NCBI GenBank assembly: GCA_965249725.1
Contig: CBDFMQ010000002.1
Coordinates: forward strand, 128,001 to 192,000
Source of the DNA: Longimicrobiales bacterium
GTDB lineage: Bacteria > Gemmatimonadota > Gemmatimonadetes > Longimicrobiales > Gaopeijiaceae
Reading direction: 5' to 3'
DNA: 64,000 nt
Part shown: one piece after another, positions 28,669-38,906 of the stretch
How positions within the stretch are numbered: the stretch's first letter is position 1
Layout: every line of letters starts with the position of its first letter
Notes under the pieces: model-generated
The model's database searches: none
Told to the model about the DNA's origin: nothing
What the model saw: the letters and a program-made list of their open reading frames with translations, nothing else
Position numbers and translations under genes: made by a program

Positions 28669-29580
28669 ATGGTCCGTCCCATCCGCGATCTTTCGGCTGC
28701 GTTGCTCCTGACGCTCTTGCCGTTCACGCCGGCGTTCGCGCAGGAGGTCCTGAGCGTCGACGACGTGGTCGCGATGGAGTCGCCGGCCCCCCAGCTGCGG
28801 CTCCCCTACGGCGATCATCCGCTTCAGTTCGGGCATCTCCGTCTTCCCGAAGGAGACGGGCCACATCCAACGATCATCTTCATCCACGGCGGGTGTTGGC
28901 TCAGCGTCTACGAAATCGGGCACGTCGGTCTAATGGAGGAAGCGGTCGCTGCGGCTGGATACGCAGTGTGGAGCCTCGAGTATCGTCGCGTAGGCGATGA
29001 GGGAGGTGGTTGGCCCGGGACGTTTCTCGATATCGCCCAGGGCGTGGATGCACTAGCCGACCTCGCGATCGAACATTCGCTCGATCTGAATCGGGTGATC
29101 GCGAGCGGACACTCGGCCGGTGGGCAGCTCGCGTTGTGGGCGGCCGCCCGGCCGCAGATTCCACGATCGAGTGAACTGTACTCCGCCCGTCCCTTGCCCA
29201 TCCACGGCGTACTCGCCCTCGCACCGGCCGCCGATCTGGAGACCCTCCAGTCGAGGTCCTCGCGCGGAGGAGTGGTGGACGGCCTCATGGGTGGGTCACC
29301 GGAGGCGGTGCCCGAGCGCTACGATGCGGCGTCTCCAATGAGACTGACGGCGGCCGAAGTGCCGCAGCGCATCGTGATCGGCGCCCTCGACCGAGCCTGG
29401 GCACCGGGCGGACGCGCCTACTTTCAACGGGCGAGCGCTATGGACGGTGCGAGGGTCGTGCTCACAGAGGCTCCGGAGTCCGGGCACTTCGAGATGGTCG
29501 TCCCCGCGACCTCGACCTGGCCGTTGGTCCTACAGGAGCTCGAAGCGCTTTCATCTGAGATCTCGCGACAGGGAGGTTGA
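28669..29580 (+). CDS. Secreted alpha/beta hydrolase (HSL-like esterase)
   Basis: IHGGCW, EYRR, GHSAGG nucleophile, GALD, SGHF. Confidence 0.9.
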   Translation: MVRPIRDLSAALLLTLLPFTPAFAQEVLSVDDVVAMESPAPQLRLPYGDHPLQFGHLRLPEGDGPHPTIIFIHGGCWLSVYEIGHVGLMEEAVAAAGYAVWSLEYRRVGDEGGGWPGTFLDIAQGVDALADLAIEHSLDLNRVIASGHSAGGQLALWAAARPQIPRSSELYSARPLPIHGVLALAPAADLETLQSRSSRGGVVDGLMGGSPEAVPERYDAASPMRLTAAEVPQRIVIGALDRAWAPGGRAYFQRASAMDGARVVLTEAPESGHFEMVVPATSTWPLVLQELEALSSEISRQGG

Positions 29581-29583
29581 GAC

Positions 29584-29988
29584 ATGGGCCGTAGATATGC
29601 GCTCCCCGCCGGTCCGATCTTCGCGACCCGTCCGATGCTCGCCGCTCCTCTGATACTCGCCGCGACCTTGACACTGGGTGCTTGCGCCTCGGCGACGCCG
29701 TCGGGGGGGAGCTACGCGAGGGACCGCATTACTCGTGAGGATATTGCTGCCACACTCGCTCTGAACGCATATGACGCCGTCCGGTTACTGAGGCGGAGGT
29801 GGCTCGCCGACAACGTGACGATCTATGAAAACGGCTCGCTCGTGAACCAAGGAACATCCAGCTTCCTCCGCATGCTGCGGATCGAGACCGTCGTGGAGAT
29901 TCGTTACGTCGACCACGAGGTCGCCAGGACCGTCTACGGGTACAATGTGGGTGGCGCAGTCCTGGAGGTGGATACGGTAATCCCCTAG
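29584..29988 (+). CDS. Hypothetical lipoprotein (TonB plug-like)
   Basis: Lipobox LGAC; ITREDI..NAYDAVRLLR..WL, EIRYV..A...YG. Confidence 0.6.
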   Translation: MGRRYALPAGPIFATRPMLAAPLILAATLTLGACASATPSGGSYARDRITREDIAATLALNAYDAVRLLRRRWLADNVTIYENGSLVNQGTSSFLRMLRIETVVEIRYVDHEVARTVYGYNVGGAVLEVDTVIP

Positions 29989-30086
29989 TCCGCCCGGGTG
30001 TGGAGGCGGCGGGCACAGACTGCTAGAGCTTGACGGGGATCGCCCACCCGACGTATCGATTCAGTACCCCGGGCAGGAGCAGCACT

Positions 30087-30614
30087 ATGACCAGTCAGAC
30101 CGAACTCCTATCTCCCCACCGCACGGCAGGCGCACTGCTGTTGATCATTGCGCTGAGCTCTGCAGCGTGCAGCGACGGCACGTCTCCCCATGGCACTGCA
30201 CCGGACCACGTACCGGTAGTAGGTCCCCTGACGCTCGAGATCCTCGCCCCGGACTCCAGTGTTACCGAGAAGGTGCTGTTTCCCGACTTGACCTATAGCT
30301 ACGTCTGCACATTGAGCCTGCTGGCTAGGCTGTCGGGTGGGGACCTCGACAGTGAGATCTCCTGGCAGAGTGCCGACGTGGAGTGGCACTGGCTCTCGGA
30401 CAACCGGTTCAGGAACGCAACCGTATGGCCGATGCAGCAGCTAGAGATCTTCTGGGGATCGGACAGGCTCGGGACGGGACAGGCTCGCGAGTCGCTCGCT
30501 TGGCAGTTCATCGGCACGCAGCCGTACAGGCTCGATTTCGCTTTCCACTATCTGATTCAGGGTGACGACAGCCTGAGGACGCACGCTACAGCAGTTCGCT
30601 GCGTGGGGCCCTGA
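30087..30614 (+). CDS. Hypothetical lipoprotein
   Basis: RBS AGGAG; lipobox SAAC. Confidence 0.6.
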   Translation: MTSQTELLSPHRTAGALLLIIALSSAACSDGTSPHGTAPDHVPVVGPLTLEILAPDSSVTEKVLFPDLTYSYVCTLSLLARLSGGDLDSEISWQSADVEWHWLSDNRFRNATVWPMQQLEIFWGSDRLGTGQARESLAWQFIGTQPYRLDFAFHYLIQGDDSLRTHATAVRCVGP

Positions 30615-30687
30615 GGGGTGCTATTGCGCCGCCGGTCCCCGTGGGCGGCCGAAGATGTCAGAGGGGATGTCGGAGTCGTAGAGGGTC

Positions 30688-32169
30688 CTAGATTTCGCGT
30701 GGCCGCCGGTTCGCCGGTTGCCCGCTCCCGGGTTGCCCGACGACCCGGCCGTCTTCGTAGACCACTTCGCCTCGTCGAATCGTAATCACCGGCCATCCGG
30801 TGACAGTCCAGCCCTCGAAGGGTGTATAGTCCGACCGCGAGGGATCGTCGTCCGCGCTGGCGATCCGTTCGAGCGTCGGATCCAGCACCACGACATCGGC
30901 GACCGAACCCTCTCTCACCACTCCCCGCTCGGGGTAGAGCCCGAACGTCTTGGCCGCGGCGGTCGATGTCACCTCGACGAAGCGCCGCTCCGATATCCGT
31001 CCCTTGTTGACACCCTCGGAGAAAAGCAGGGGCAGCATGAAACGCAGATCACTGACGCCCGGACGGAGTCGGCCGACGTCCAGCTCGGGATCCATCTTCT
31101 GTGCGCGGGTCCACGGAGCGTGGTCCGTAGCGAGGAAGTCGATCCGCCGGTCCACGAGTCCGTCCCACATTGCGTCTACGTCCGAGGCGGAGCGAAGGGG
31201 CGGCTGACCGACGTAGAGCGGACCGTCGTCGCCCAGGAACCGCTCCTCGTTGAAGTAGAGGTAGAGGGGTCGGGTTTCGATGGTGAGGGGTAAGCCTCGT
31301 GAGCGGGGTGTGCGTGCAGCGTCGAGGGCACCCTGTGACGAGAGGTGCACGAAGTGCATGGGCGCCCGGGTGAACTCGCAGAGCGCCACCGCGTCTTGAG
31401 TGGCTGCGACTTCGGCGATCACGGGCCTGCTCTCCGCGAAGTGGCGGAGCGATGTACGCCCTTCGGCCCGGAGGCCCTCGAGTACGGCGCTCAGCATCGC
31501 GCCGTCCTCGCAGTGCATGAGTGTGACGACTCCGGCGTCGCGAGCAGCTCCCAGCAGCTCGATGAGTGCGCTCCGGCTCGTTCCGAAATCCCGACGCGTC
31601 ATGAAGATCTTGTGGCTCGGCTGCCCCATCGCCGCCAGCTCCGGCATCAACGCGGCGAATTCAGGTGTCGGTGGCCAGGTTGAGGCATGGAAGAACACGT
31701 CACCAATGGCACTCCGGCCGACCTCCGCCAACCAACGGTCCATCGCCTGAACCGCGTTCTCGCCCTCCTCGGGATAGGCGAACGTGCCCACGGTCGTGAT
31801 GCCGCCGGCCACGGCCGCCGCCGTGCCGGTCGTGAGGTCGTCGACGAAAGACCCCTGCAAATGCGTGTGAGGATCGATGCCGCCCGGGATCACGAGGTGG
31901 CCCGTCGCCTCGATGATCCGGGCAGTGGGGCCCGCTCTCAGGCCGGACCCGATCTCGGCAACGGTATCTCCGACGATGCGCACGTCGGCGGCCTGGCTGG
32001 CGTCCGCGTTCACCACGCGAGCGCCCCGGATCAGAATCTCAGGGACTTCCTGTCCCGCCCCCCGTGCGGCATCTCGGCTGTCGCGTCGCAAGCTCGCTGT
32101 GTCGGCAGGGCCCGCGGCGAGCCCGAGTGCCGCGGCGCCCATGGTGTGTATTGCGTGGCGACGGTTCAT
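30688..32169 (-). CDS. Dihydropyrimidinase/hydantoinase-family amidohydrolase with Tat-like signal
   Basis: PGGIDPHTH, KIFM, HCED, VHLS, ATDHAP; N-terminal MNRR. Confidence 0.88.
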   Translation of the reverse strand: MNRRHAIHTMGAAALGLAAGPADTASLRRDSRDAARGAGQEVPEILIRGARVVNADASQAADVRIVGDTVAEIGSGLRAGPTARIIEATGHLVIPGGIDPHTHLQGSFVDDLTTGTAAAVAGGITTVGTFAYPEEGENAVQAMDRWLAEVGRSAIGDVFFHASTWPPTPEFAALMPELAAMGQPSHKIFMTRRDFGTSRSALIELLGAARDAGVVTLMHCEDGAMLSAVLEGLRAEGRTSLRHFAESRPVIAEVAATQDAVALCEFTRAPMHFVHLSSQGALDAARTPRSRGLPLTIETRPLYLYFNEERFLGDDGPLYVGQPPLRSASDVDAMWDGLVDRRIDFLATDHAPWTRAQKMDPELDVGRLRPGVSDLRFMLPLLFSEGVNKGRISERRFVEVTSTAAAKTFGLYPERGVVREGSVADVVVLDPTLERIASADDDPSRSDYTPFEGWTVTGWPVITIRRGEVVYEDGRVVGQPGSGQPANRRPREI

Positions 32170-32324
32170 GCTGGGGCCCCCTCCATTCGGCCGAATCCTC
32201 CGAACTGGTTTTTGCGTCTACCAGCAAAGGTCTCCGAGTCTACCGACAAAGAAAGAGTCCAGCGAGGTCGTTGCCTGGCCGGGCTTCTCCTGGAGCACCG
32301 TGATCAAAGCCGGAAAGTGTCCGC

Positions 32325-32630
32325 TCAGCCGCTCGTCTCCGCCGGTTCGCGCACGGTCCACCCCATCGCCTCACACACCTCAGCCGGTGTCACGCCCAGG
32401 TCGCGAAAGCGGCGAGCGATGCGTTCGGCCAATTCTCGATGGACATCCCCGACATCGCCGGAGGGTGGGGCCTTCTTCGCTACGATGCGTTTGCCTCGAG
32501 ATTCGAACACGAGGGTGTCGCCCACGTGCAGTCCGAGGCGGTCCCGGAGTTCCTCGGGCAGCGTCAACTGCCCGTCTTCGTCTATGTTCGCAGAGAACTG
32601 GACCATGTTTTTGCTCCTCGTCATCGTCAT
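32325..32630 (-). CDS. AbrB/MazE/SpoVT DNA-binding domain protein
   Basis: IDEDGQLTLPEELRDRLGLHVGD. Start at 32630 or 32606. Confidence 0.75.
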   Translation of the reverse strand: MTMTRSKNMVQFSANIDEDGQLTLPEELRDRLGLHVGDTLVFESRGKRIVAKKAPPSGDVGDVHRELAERIARRFRDLGVTPAEVCEAMGWTVREPAETSG

Positions 32631-32842
32631 CCCACCCACAACACACACCTAGTTCTACGCTCACGGGTGAAGAAAGATTCTCGCCCGACTGTTCACCTCC
32701 AACAGACGGGGCCTCATTCACCGACTTACCCGAGAGCCGCCATCTCTTTGGCCCCCCAGCCTCGAAACTGATAGGGTGTTTCCGTTCGGCATGATCTGAA
32801 TCCACCGGCCATTGGGTCGGTCGGTGCTCACAGGAGGAATCG

Positions 32843-34450
32843 ATGGGGGAGAGACGCGTCGGCGCCTGGGTCGCCCTGATCCTCTGCCTGTCGTGGCTGG
32901 TGGAGGGGTGCGCCACACCGGGTAGCGCCGCGCCATCTCGCGCGGTCGATGTGGTGGAGCTCACCACAGCGCAGATCCAGGCCGGGCTCGCTGCCGGCGA
33001 TTTCACGTCGCTGGATCTCACCCGCGCGTTTCTCGGTCGCATCGACCTGTATGAGGAGCACTACAATGCCCTGATCTCGATCAACCCAGACGCCCTCGAC
33101 ATCGCCAAGAACCTGGACAAGGAGTACCGAGAGCGGGGCCCGCGCGGACCCCTTCACGGGGTGCCGGTGGTCATCAAGGACAACCTCGACTACGGCGGGC
33201 TCGTTACGACCGCGGGTTTTTCCGGATTCAGCGAGGCTACCGGCGGTGTGGACATGATTCCGGGGGACGACGCGGCGGTTGTGGAGCGACTGCGCGAGGC
33301 CGGTGCAATCGTGCTCGGAAAGACGAACATGCCCGACTTTGCCGGCCATGGTACGCGAACGAACAGCTCGGTGGCCGGGGTCACTCTCAACCCGTACAAC
33401 GTGGACAAGGCACCCGGCGGATCGAGCGGCGGTACGGCCACGGCGGTCAACGCGAGCTTCGCAGTCCTGGGCCTCGGGACGGAAACAGGGGGGTCGATAC
33501 AGAACCCTGCGGCGGCCCAGGCCCTGGTCGGCGTGAAACCGACCTTCGGGTTGGTGCCCCTCGAGGGTGTGGTGCCGATCAATGCGACCTACATCGATGT
33601 GGTCGGGCCGCTCGCCAAGACGGTCTACGATGCGGCGATCACTTTGGACGTTCTGGCTGGGCCGACGACGGAGGACCTCGCGACGTATTCGGCCGTCGAG
33701 CACATCCCGGAGGAGGGGTATGCCGCGGCCCTGAGCACTCGGGCCTTGGAGGGCAAGCGGTTCGGATTGGTCGGATCCGGTTGGCGCGAGGAATTCCTGC
33801 CTCTGGCACCTGAGACCGAGCAGGCCTACCGGCAGGCGATCGACATTCTCGAGGAGCAGGGAGCCCGGGCGGTGGACGACCCGTTCCGGGGCCGGGGCTT
33901 CATCGAGCTATATGACGAAAGGCCCCGGGTGTCCGTGGGCTCCCACGACATGTTCGTGTACTTCCAGGGGCTCGGTGACGACGCGGCGTTCCACAGCGTC
34001 GACGAGTGGGAAGCCCTGACCGGAGAGGAGTTCCGCGGCGGGAGGGCAAACCGTCCCCCGGTCAGGCCCAGCGCCACGGAGGAGGGCGACGCCTTTCAGG
34101 CCTGGCGGCTTCAGATTCGGGAGCGGTTCCGCAGCGTGCTCGAGGAGTTCGATCTCGACGGGCTTTTCTTTCCACAGGCGGGGTCCCCGATCCGCGATCT
34201 CGTGGAGGATCCGGAGCGCCCGGACTACAACCCGAACAACCACCCGGAGCTTCCCAGCAACATCACCAACGAGATCGGCCTGCCGGTCGTAACCGTGCCC
34301 TTCAGCTATTACGACGACGGCACCCCGTTCGTCATCGCCTTCATCGGGGACACCTGGACGGAGGCCGACCTGCTGGGGTTCGCGTACGATTTCGAGCAGG
34401 CTACCCAAGCGCGGATACCGCCAGAAGTGATGACGAGCACCGGGCGCTGA
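32843..34450 (+). CDS. Amidase signature family lipoprotein
   Basis: GPLHGVPVVIKD, GKTN, PGGSSGG, GTETGGSI; RBS AGGAGG. Confidence 0.93.
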   Translation: MGERRVGAWVALILCLSWLVEGCATPGSAAPSRAVDVVELTTAQIQAGLAAGDFTSLDLTRAFLGRIDLYEEHYNALISINPDALDIAKNLDKEYRERGPRGPLHGVPVVIKDNLDYGGLVTTAGFSGFSEATGGVDMIPGDDAAVVERLREAGAIVLGKTNMPDFAGHGTRTNSSVAGVTLNPYNVDKAPGGSSGGTATAVNASFAVLGLGTETGGSIQNPAAAQALVGVKPTFGLVPLEGVVPINATYIDVVGPLAKTVYDAAITLDVLAGPTTEDLATYSAVEHIPEEGYAAALSTRALEGKRFGLVGSGWREEFLPLAPETEQAYRQAIDILEEQGARAVDDPFRGRGFIELYDERPRVSVGSHDMFVYFQGLGDDAAFHSVDEWEALTGEEFRGGRANRPPVRPSATEEGDAFQAWRLQIRERFRSVLEEFDLDGLFFPQAGSPIRDLVEDPERPDYNPNNHPELPSNITNEIGLPVVTVPFSYYDDGTPFVIAFIGDTWTEADLLGFAYDFEQATQARIPPEVMTSTGR

Positions 34451-34551
34451 CTTGTGGTTACCCGCGGGCCGACCACATTTTGCGTGCGATGTCCTGGTCG
34501 ATGCCCGCCCGACCGCGTCTCTTTAAGACCTCGAGGTCCCTAGGAGTGACC

Positions 34552-35970
34552 ATGCGTCCGCGTACACTGCCGATTCTGCTCGCCCTCACCATGGCGGCTG
34601 TGGCCGTCGCCTTTACGTCGCCCGACGCGTTGGCCCAGGTGACTTGCTTCGGTGACCCGACGTGTGTCCAGCCCGTAACCGGCTATCCAGTGGGCCGGCC
34701 GGGTACGCCGAACATCGAGGTCGTCTCTCACCAGCCGCTGCCCGGCGCGCCCTTCAGCCACGCCGACATCGAGATGGAGCAGGAGATGGACCGGCCCTTC
34801 GCGTATATCGCTCAGCGCTTCGGTGCTTCGGGCTTCTATGCGATCAGCCTCGAGGACGAGGCGCATCCGGAGGTCCTATACCGCTACACGGTGGACGATC
34901 CGGATCTGCACCTCGGCACCGGCTGCGTAGACATCAAGTATGCCAAGGCGGAGGGCCGGTACTACGTCATCGTGTCCTGTCAGTTCGGGCAGGGTGGGCC
35001 GGACTTCGACTTGGGTGCGATGATCTTCGACGTGACCGGGCTGCCGGACGCTTCGACCGTGAGGAAGGTCGCGGAACTCAGGCTGCCGGATCTGCCTGGC
35101 GGCTTCCACAACGTCTACACGTACCGTCACTCGAACGGCCGATCGCTGTTGCTGGCGACCACCCAGTCGAAAGACGCGTTCATCTACGACATCGCCCAGC
35201 TCGCCGATGGCAACCTCGATCCGGTGTCGGCCATTTCCGTGCCTCAGCCTTCGGAGTCGCGCAGCCGTCAGTGGCACGACATGTACGTCGGCTTTCTTCC
35301 CGACGCCGGTCAGGACCGCTTCTACGGAGCCGGTACGGGAGGATTCCATGTGTATGACATGACGGACGTGGAGAATCCACGGCTCCTGACGTCGGTCACC
35401 GGCGTGCCGGGCGTCGAGAACGGACACACCTTCACCCCCACTCCCGACGGCCGTTACGGACTCGGTATGCCCGAGCCTACGTACCAGCACTCGCCCGTCC
35501 GCTTCTTCGACTTGAGACCGGAGGGGTCGGAGGGCCAGACGCCCAACATCGTGAGGGGGTCCGGAGTCGGGGCCTGGATCGCCAAGTTCGGAGGCTCGAC
35601 CCACAACCATGAGATCCGTTGGCCCTATGTCTTCATTTCGGCCCAGGACGACGGACTCCAGATCGTGAACATGGCCGATCCCACACACCCGTTCACAGTC
35701 GGCTACTACAACACTCGCATCGGGCCGATGCTGTACGGCGGTGGAGACCGCCCGAGCCAGGCTACCACGGGGAACATCTATGACGGTGCCTGGGGCATCG
35801 ACATCCGGGACGAGGACGGGCTCATTGTCGTGAGCGACTTCACTACGGGATTCTGGGCCTTCAGGCTCGACGGCTTCGAGGGCTGGAACGGTAATGACTG
35901 GAACATGCCCGACGTTTCGAGCGCCCAGCATTGGGATGAGAGCCCCGATCAACCACAGGAAATCAGGTAG
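34552..35970 (+). CDS. Secreted LVIVD-type His-rich beta-propeller, array copy 1
   Basis: RBS AGGAG; signal peptide, then QVTCFGDPTC; FHN, WHD, GHT, HNHE, DDGLQIVNM. Confidence 0.8.
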   Translation: MRPRTLPILLALTMAAVAVAFTSPDALAQVTCFGDPTCVQPVTGYPVGRPGTPNIEVVSHQPLPGAPFSHADIEMEQEMDRPFAYIAQRFGASGFYAISLEDEAHPEVLYRYTVDDPDLHLGTGCVDIKYAKAEGRYYVIVSCQFGQGGPDFDLGAMIFDVTGLPDASTVRKVAELRLPDLPGGFHNVYTYRHSNGRSLLLATTQSKDAFIYDIAQLADGNLDPVSAISVPQPSESRSRQWHDMYVGFLPDAGQDRFYGAGTGGFHVYDMTDVENPRLLTSVTGVPGVENGHTFTPTPDGRYGLGMPEPTYQHSPVRFFDLRPEGSEGQTPNIVRGSGVGAWIAKFGGSTHNHEIRWPYVFISAQDDGLQIVNMADPTHPFTVGYYNTRIGPMLYGGGDRPSQATTGNIYDGAWGIDIRDEDGLIVVSDFTTGFWAFRLDGFEGWNGNDWNMPDVSSAQHWDESPDQPQEIR

Positions 35971-35978
35971 GAGACATC

Positions 35979-37439
35979 ATGCGTAAACCAAACCTGACGG
36001 TCCCCCATCCGCTCGCGCCGGCCGCATTCGCGCTCGGACTGGCCACTCTCGGACTGGTCACTCTGGGACTTGGGCTGACTGCGGCGCCCGCTTCGGCGCA
36101 GGTCACGTGCTTCGGCGACCCGACGTGTATCCAGCCCGAGACGGGCTATCCGGTGGGCCGACCCGGCACGTCGAACATCGAGGTGGTCTCGCACCAGCCT
36201 CTGCCCGGCATCCGCTTCAGCCATGCCGATATCGAGATCGAACAGGAGATGGATCGTCCTTATGCGTATATAGCGCAGCGCTTCGGTGCCTCAGGCTTCT
36301 ATGCCATCAGTCTCGAGGACGAGAACCACCCCGAGGTACTCTACCGCTACACCGTCGACGATCCCGATCTGCACCTCGGGAGCGGATGCGTCGACGTCAA
36401 ATACGCGAAGGCCGAAGGGCGGTATTTCGTGATCGTGTCCTGTCAGTTCGGACAGGGCGGGCCGGACTTCGACTTGGGTGCCATGGTCTTCGACGTGACG
36501 GGGCTCCCGGACGCCTCGACCATCCGGAAGGTCGCGGATCTCCGTACTCCGGGGATGGGAGGCGGCTTCCACAACATCTTCACATACCGCCACTCGAACG
36601 GCCGGACCCTCTTGCTCGCGACCACGCAGTCCGAGGATGCGTACATCTATGATCTCGCCCAGATCGCGGCGGGAGACCTGGATCCGGTGTCGGAGATCGC
36701 CGTCCCGCAGCCCAGAGCTAGTCGTACGCGTCAGTGGCACGACATGTACGTCGGCTTTCTGCCCGACGCGGGTCAGGACCGCTTCTACGGAGCGGGCACG
36801 GGCGGCTTCCACGTGTTCGACATGACCGACGTTGAGAACCCTCGCCTGCTAACGTCCGTGACGGGCATTCCGGGTGTGACGGACGGTCATACGTTCACGC
36901 CAACGCCCGACGGGCGGTACGGACTCGGCATGCCCGAGCCCACCTACCAGAACTCGCCGATCCGCTTCTTCGATCTGCAGCCGGAGGGGTCCGAGGGACA
37001 GACGCCCAATGTCGTCCGTGGCTCCGGGGTCGGAGCCTGGATCGCGAAGTTCGGAGGCGCGACCCACAACCACGAGGTGCGCTGGCCCTACGTCTTTATT
37101 TCGGCTCAGGACGACGGGCTGCAGATCGTCAACATGGCCGATCCGACGCACCCGTTCACGGTTGGTTACTACAACACCCGTGAGGGCCCGATGCTCTACG
37201 GTGGAGAAGGCGCGCTGATGACGGGCAACAACACGACGGGCAACATCTACAACGGTGCGTGGGGCGTGGACATCCGGAACGCGGACGGCCTCATCGTCGT
37301 GAGCGATTTTAATACGGGCTTCTGGGCGTTCCGACTGGACGGTTTCCAGGGATGGAACGGGAACGACTGGAACATGCCGAACATCTCGAGTGCCCAGATG
37401 TGGGACGAGACTCCAGACCAACCTCAGCAGATCCGCTAG
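35979..37439 (+). CDS. Secreted LVIVD-type His-rich beta-propeller, array copy 2
   Basis: Same motifs as copy 1; RBS overlaps the previous TAG (TAGGAG). Confidence 0.8.
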   Translation: MRKPNLTVPHPLAPAAFALGLATLGLVTLGLGLTAAPASAQVTCFGDPTCIQPETGYPVGRPGTSNIEVVSHQPLPGIRFSHADIEIEQEMDRPYAYIAQRFGASGFYAISLEDENHPEVLYRYTVDDPDLHLGSGCVDVKYAKAEGRYFVIVSCQFGQGGPDFDLGAMVFDVTGLPDASTIRKVADLRTPGMGGGFHNIFTYRHSNGRTLLLATTQSEDAYIYDLAQIAAGDLDPVSEIAVPQPRASRTRQWHDMYVGFLPDAGQDRFYGAGTGGFHVFDMTDVENPRLLTSVTGIPGVTDGHTFTPTPDGRYGLGMPEPTYQNSPIRFFDLQPEGSEGQTPNVVRGSGVGAWIAKFGGATHNHEVRWPYVFISAQDDGLQIVNMADPTHPFTVGYYNTREGPMLYGGEGALMTGNNTTGNIYNGAWGVDIRNADGLIVVSDFNTGFWAFRLDGFQGWNGNDWNMPNISSAQMWDETPDQPQQIR

Positions 37440-37447
37440 GAGATATC

Positions 37448-38887
37448 ATGCGTCAACCAATTCAGTCGGTTCTGTATCCGGTCCTCCGCGCTGCCACGCT
37501 CGCGTGCGTAGCCGTAGCACTCTCGACCTCCAGCGGGATGGCCCAGGTGGTCTGCTTCGGCGACCCGACGTGTGTCCAGCCGGAGACGGGCTACGCCATC
37601 GGACAGCCGGGTACGCCCAACATCGAGGTCGTCTCACATCGGCCCCTGCCGGGAGAGCGATTCAGCCACGCCGACATCGAGATCGAGCAGGAGATGGACC
37701 GGCCCTTCGTCTACATCGCTCAGCGCCACGGCGCATCGGGCTTCTATGCGCTGAGCATCGAGGATGAGGAGCACCCTGAGGTTCTCTATCGCTACGTCGT
37801 GGACGACCCCGATCTCCATCTCGGCAGCGGATGTGTGGACGTCAAGTATGCCAAGGCCGCCGGCCGGTACTACGTGATCCTCTCCTGCGAGTTCAGCCAG
37901 GCGGGACCGGACAGCGACCTCGGGGCGATGGTCTTCGATGTCACGGGACTCCCTGATGCGTCGACCGTACGCAAGGTCGCGGAGCTCAGGGTCCCCGGGA
38001 GGCCTGGGGGCTTCCACAACATCTTCACCTACCTTCACTCGAACGGCCGACCCCTCTTGGTCGCGACCACCAAGGAGGCGGAGGCGTGGGTGTACGACCT
38101 CGAGCAGGTCGGCGAGGGTGTCACGGAGCCCGTCTCGGCGATCTCCGTCCCGAATCCGACGGCAACCAACTACCAGACGTGGCACGACATCTACCTCGGC
38201 TTCCTTCCGGACGCAGGCCAGGATCGCTTCTATGGGGCTGGGGGAGGGGGCTTCCACGTGTACGATGTCACGGACCTCGAGAACCCGCGGCTCGTCACCT
38301 CGGTTACGGGGATTCCGGGGGTTACCGATGGACATACGTTCACACCCGGGCCCGCCGGCCGCTTCGCGATCGGCATGCCGGTCCCGACCTATCAGCATTC
38401 GCCGCTCCGTTTCTTCGACCTGCGCCCTGACGGGTCGGAGGGCCAGGCGCCGAACATCGTGAGGGGCTCCGGGGTCGGCGCTTGGATCGCGAAGTTCGGA
38501 GGAGCGACCCACAACCACGAGATACGCTGGCCCTACGTGTTCATCTCCGCCCAGGACGATGGGCTCCAGATCGTCAACATGGCGGACCCCACGAGGCCCT
38601 TCACGATGGGATACTACCACACGCGTGGGACCCCGGCGCTTTTCGCCGGCGAGGGTGCTCTGGACGCAGGTACGGCGAACACGGGCAACATCTACAACGG
38701 TGCCTGGGGGGTCGACGTGCGGAACGCCGACGGACTGATCGTGGTGAGTGACTTCAACACCGGGTTCTGGGCGTTCCGGATGGAGGGCTTCCAGGGCTGG
38801 AACGGAAACGACTGGAACATGCCGAACATCTCGAGCGCGCAGGACTGGAACTTGGAGCCCGATGAACAGACGCAGGAGATGCGGTAG
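37448..38887 (+). CDS. Secreted LVIVD-type His-rich beta-propeller, array copy 3 (most divergent)
   Basis: QVVCFGDPTC and the same His motifs; TAGGAG RBS. Confidence 0.8.
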   Translation: MRQPIQSVLYPVLRAATLACVAVALSTSSGMAQVVCFGDPTCVQPETGYAIGQPGTPNIEVVSHRPLPGERFSHADIEIEQEMDRPFVYIAQRHGASGFYALSIEDEEHPEVLYRYVVDDPDLHLGSGCVDVKYAKAAGRYYVILSCEFSQAGPDSDLGAMVFDVTGLPDASTVRKVAELRVPGRPGGFHNIFTYLHSNGRPLLVATTKEAEAWVYDLEQVGEGVTEPVSAISVPNPTATNYQTWHDIYLGFLPDAGQDRFYGAGGGGFHVYDVTDLENPRLVTSVTGIPGVTDGHTFTPGPAGRFAIGMPVPTYQHSPLRFFDLRPDGSEGQAPNIVRGSGVGAWIAKFGGATHNHEIRWPYVFISAQDDGLQIVNMADPTRPFTMGYYHTRGTPALFAGEGALDAGTANTGNIYNGAWGVDVRNADGLIVVSDFNTGFWAFRMEGFQGWNGNDWNMPNISSAQDWNLEPDEQTQEMR

Positions 38888-38906
38888 CGATCGGAGAGGA
38901 GCGACA

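Noticed and set aside
31687..33042. ORFs of 321, 305 and 220 aa around the AbrB-like gene
   Set aside because: Arg/Ser/Pro-rich, overlapping better-supported genes, no motifs.
36033..36071. 15-bp imperfect repeat in the copy 2 signal peptide (LGLAT LGLVT LGL)
   Set aside because: An in-frame local expansion of a signal peptide with no evident functional meaning.
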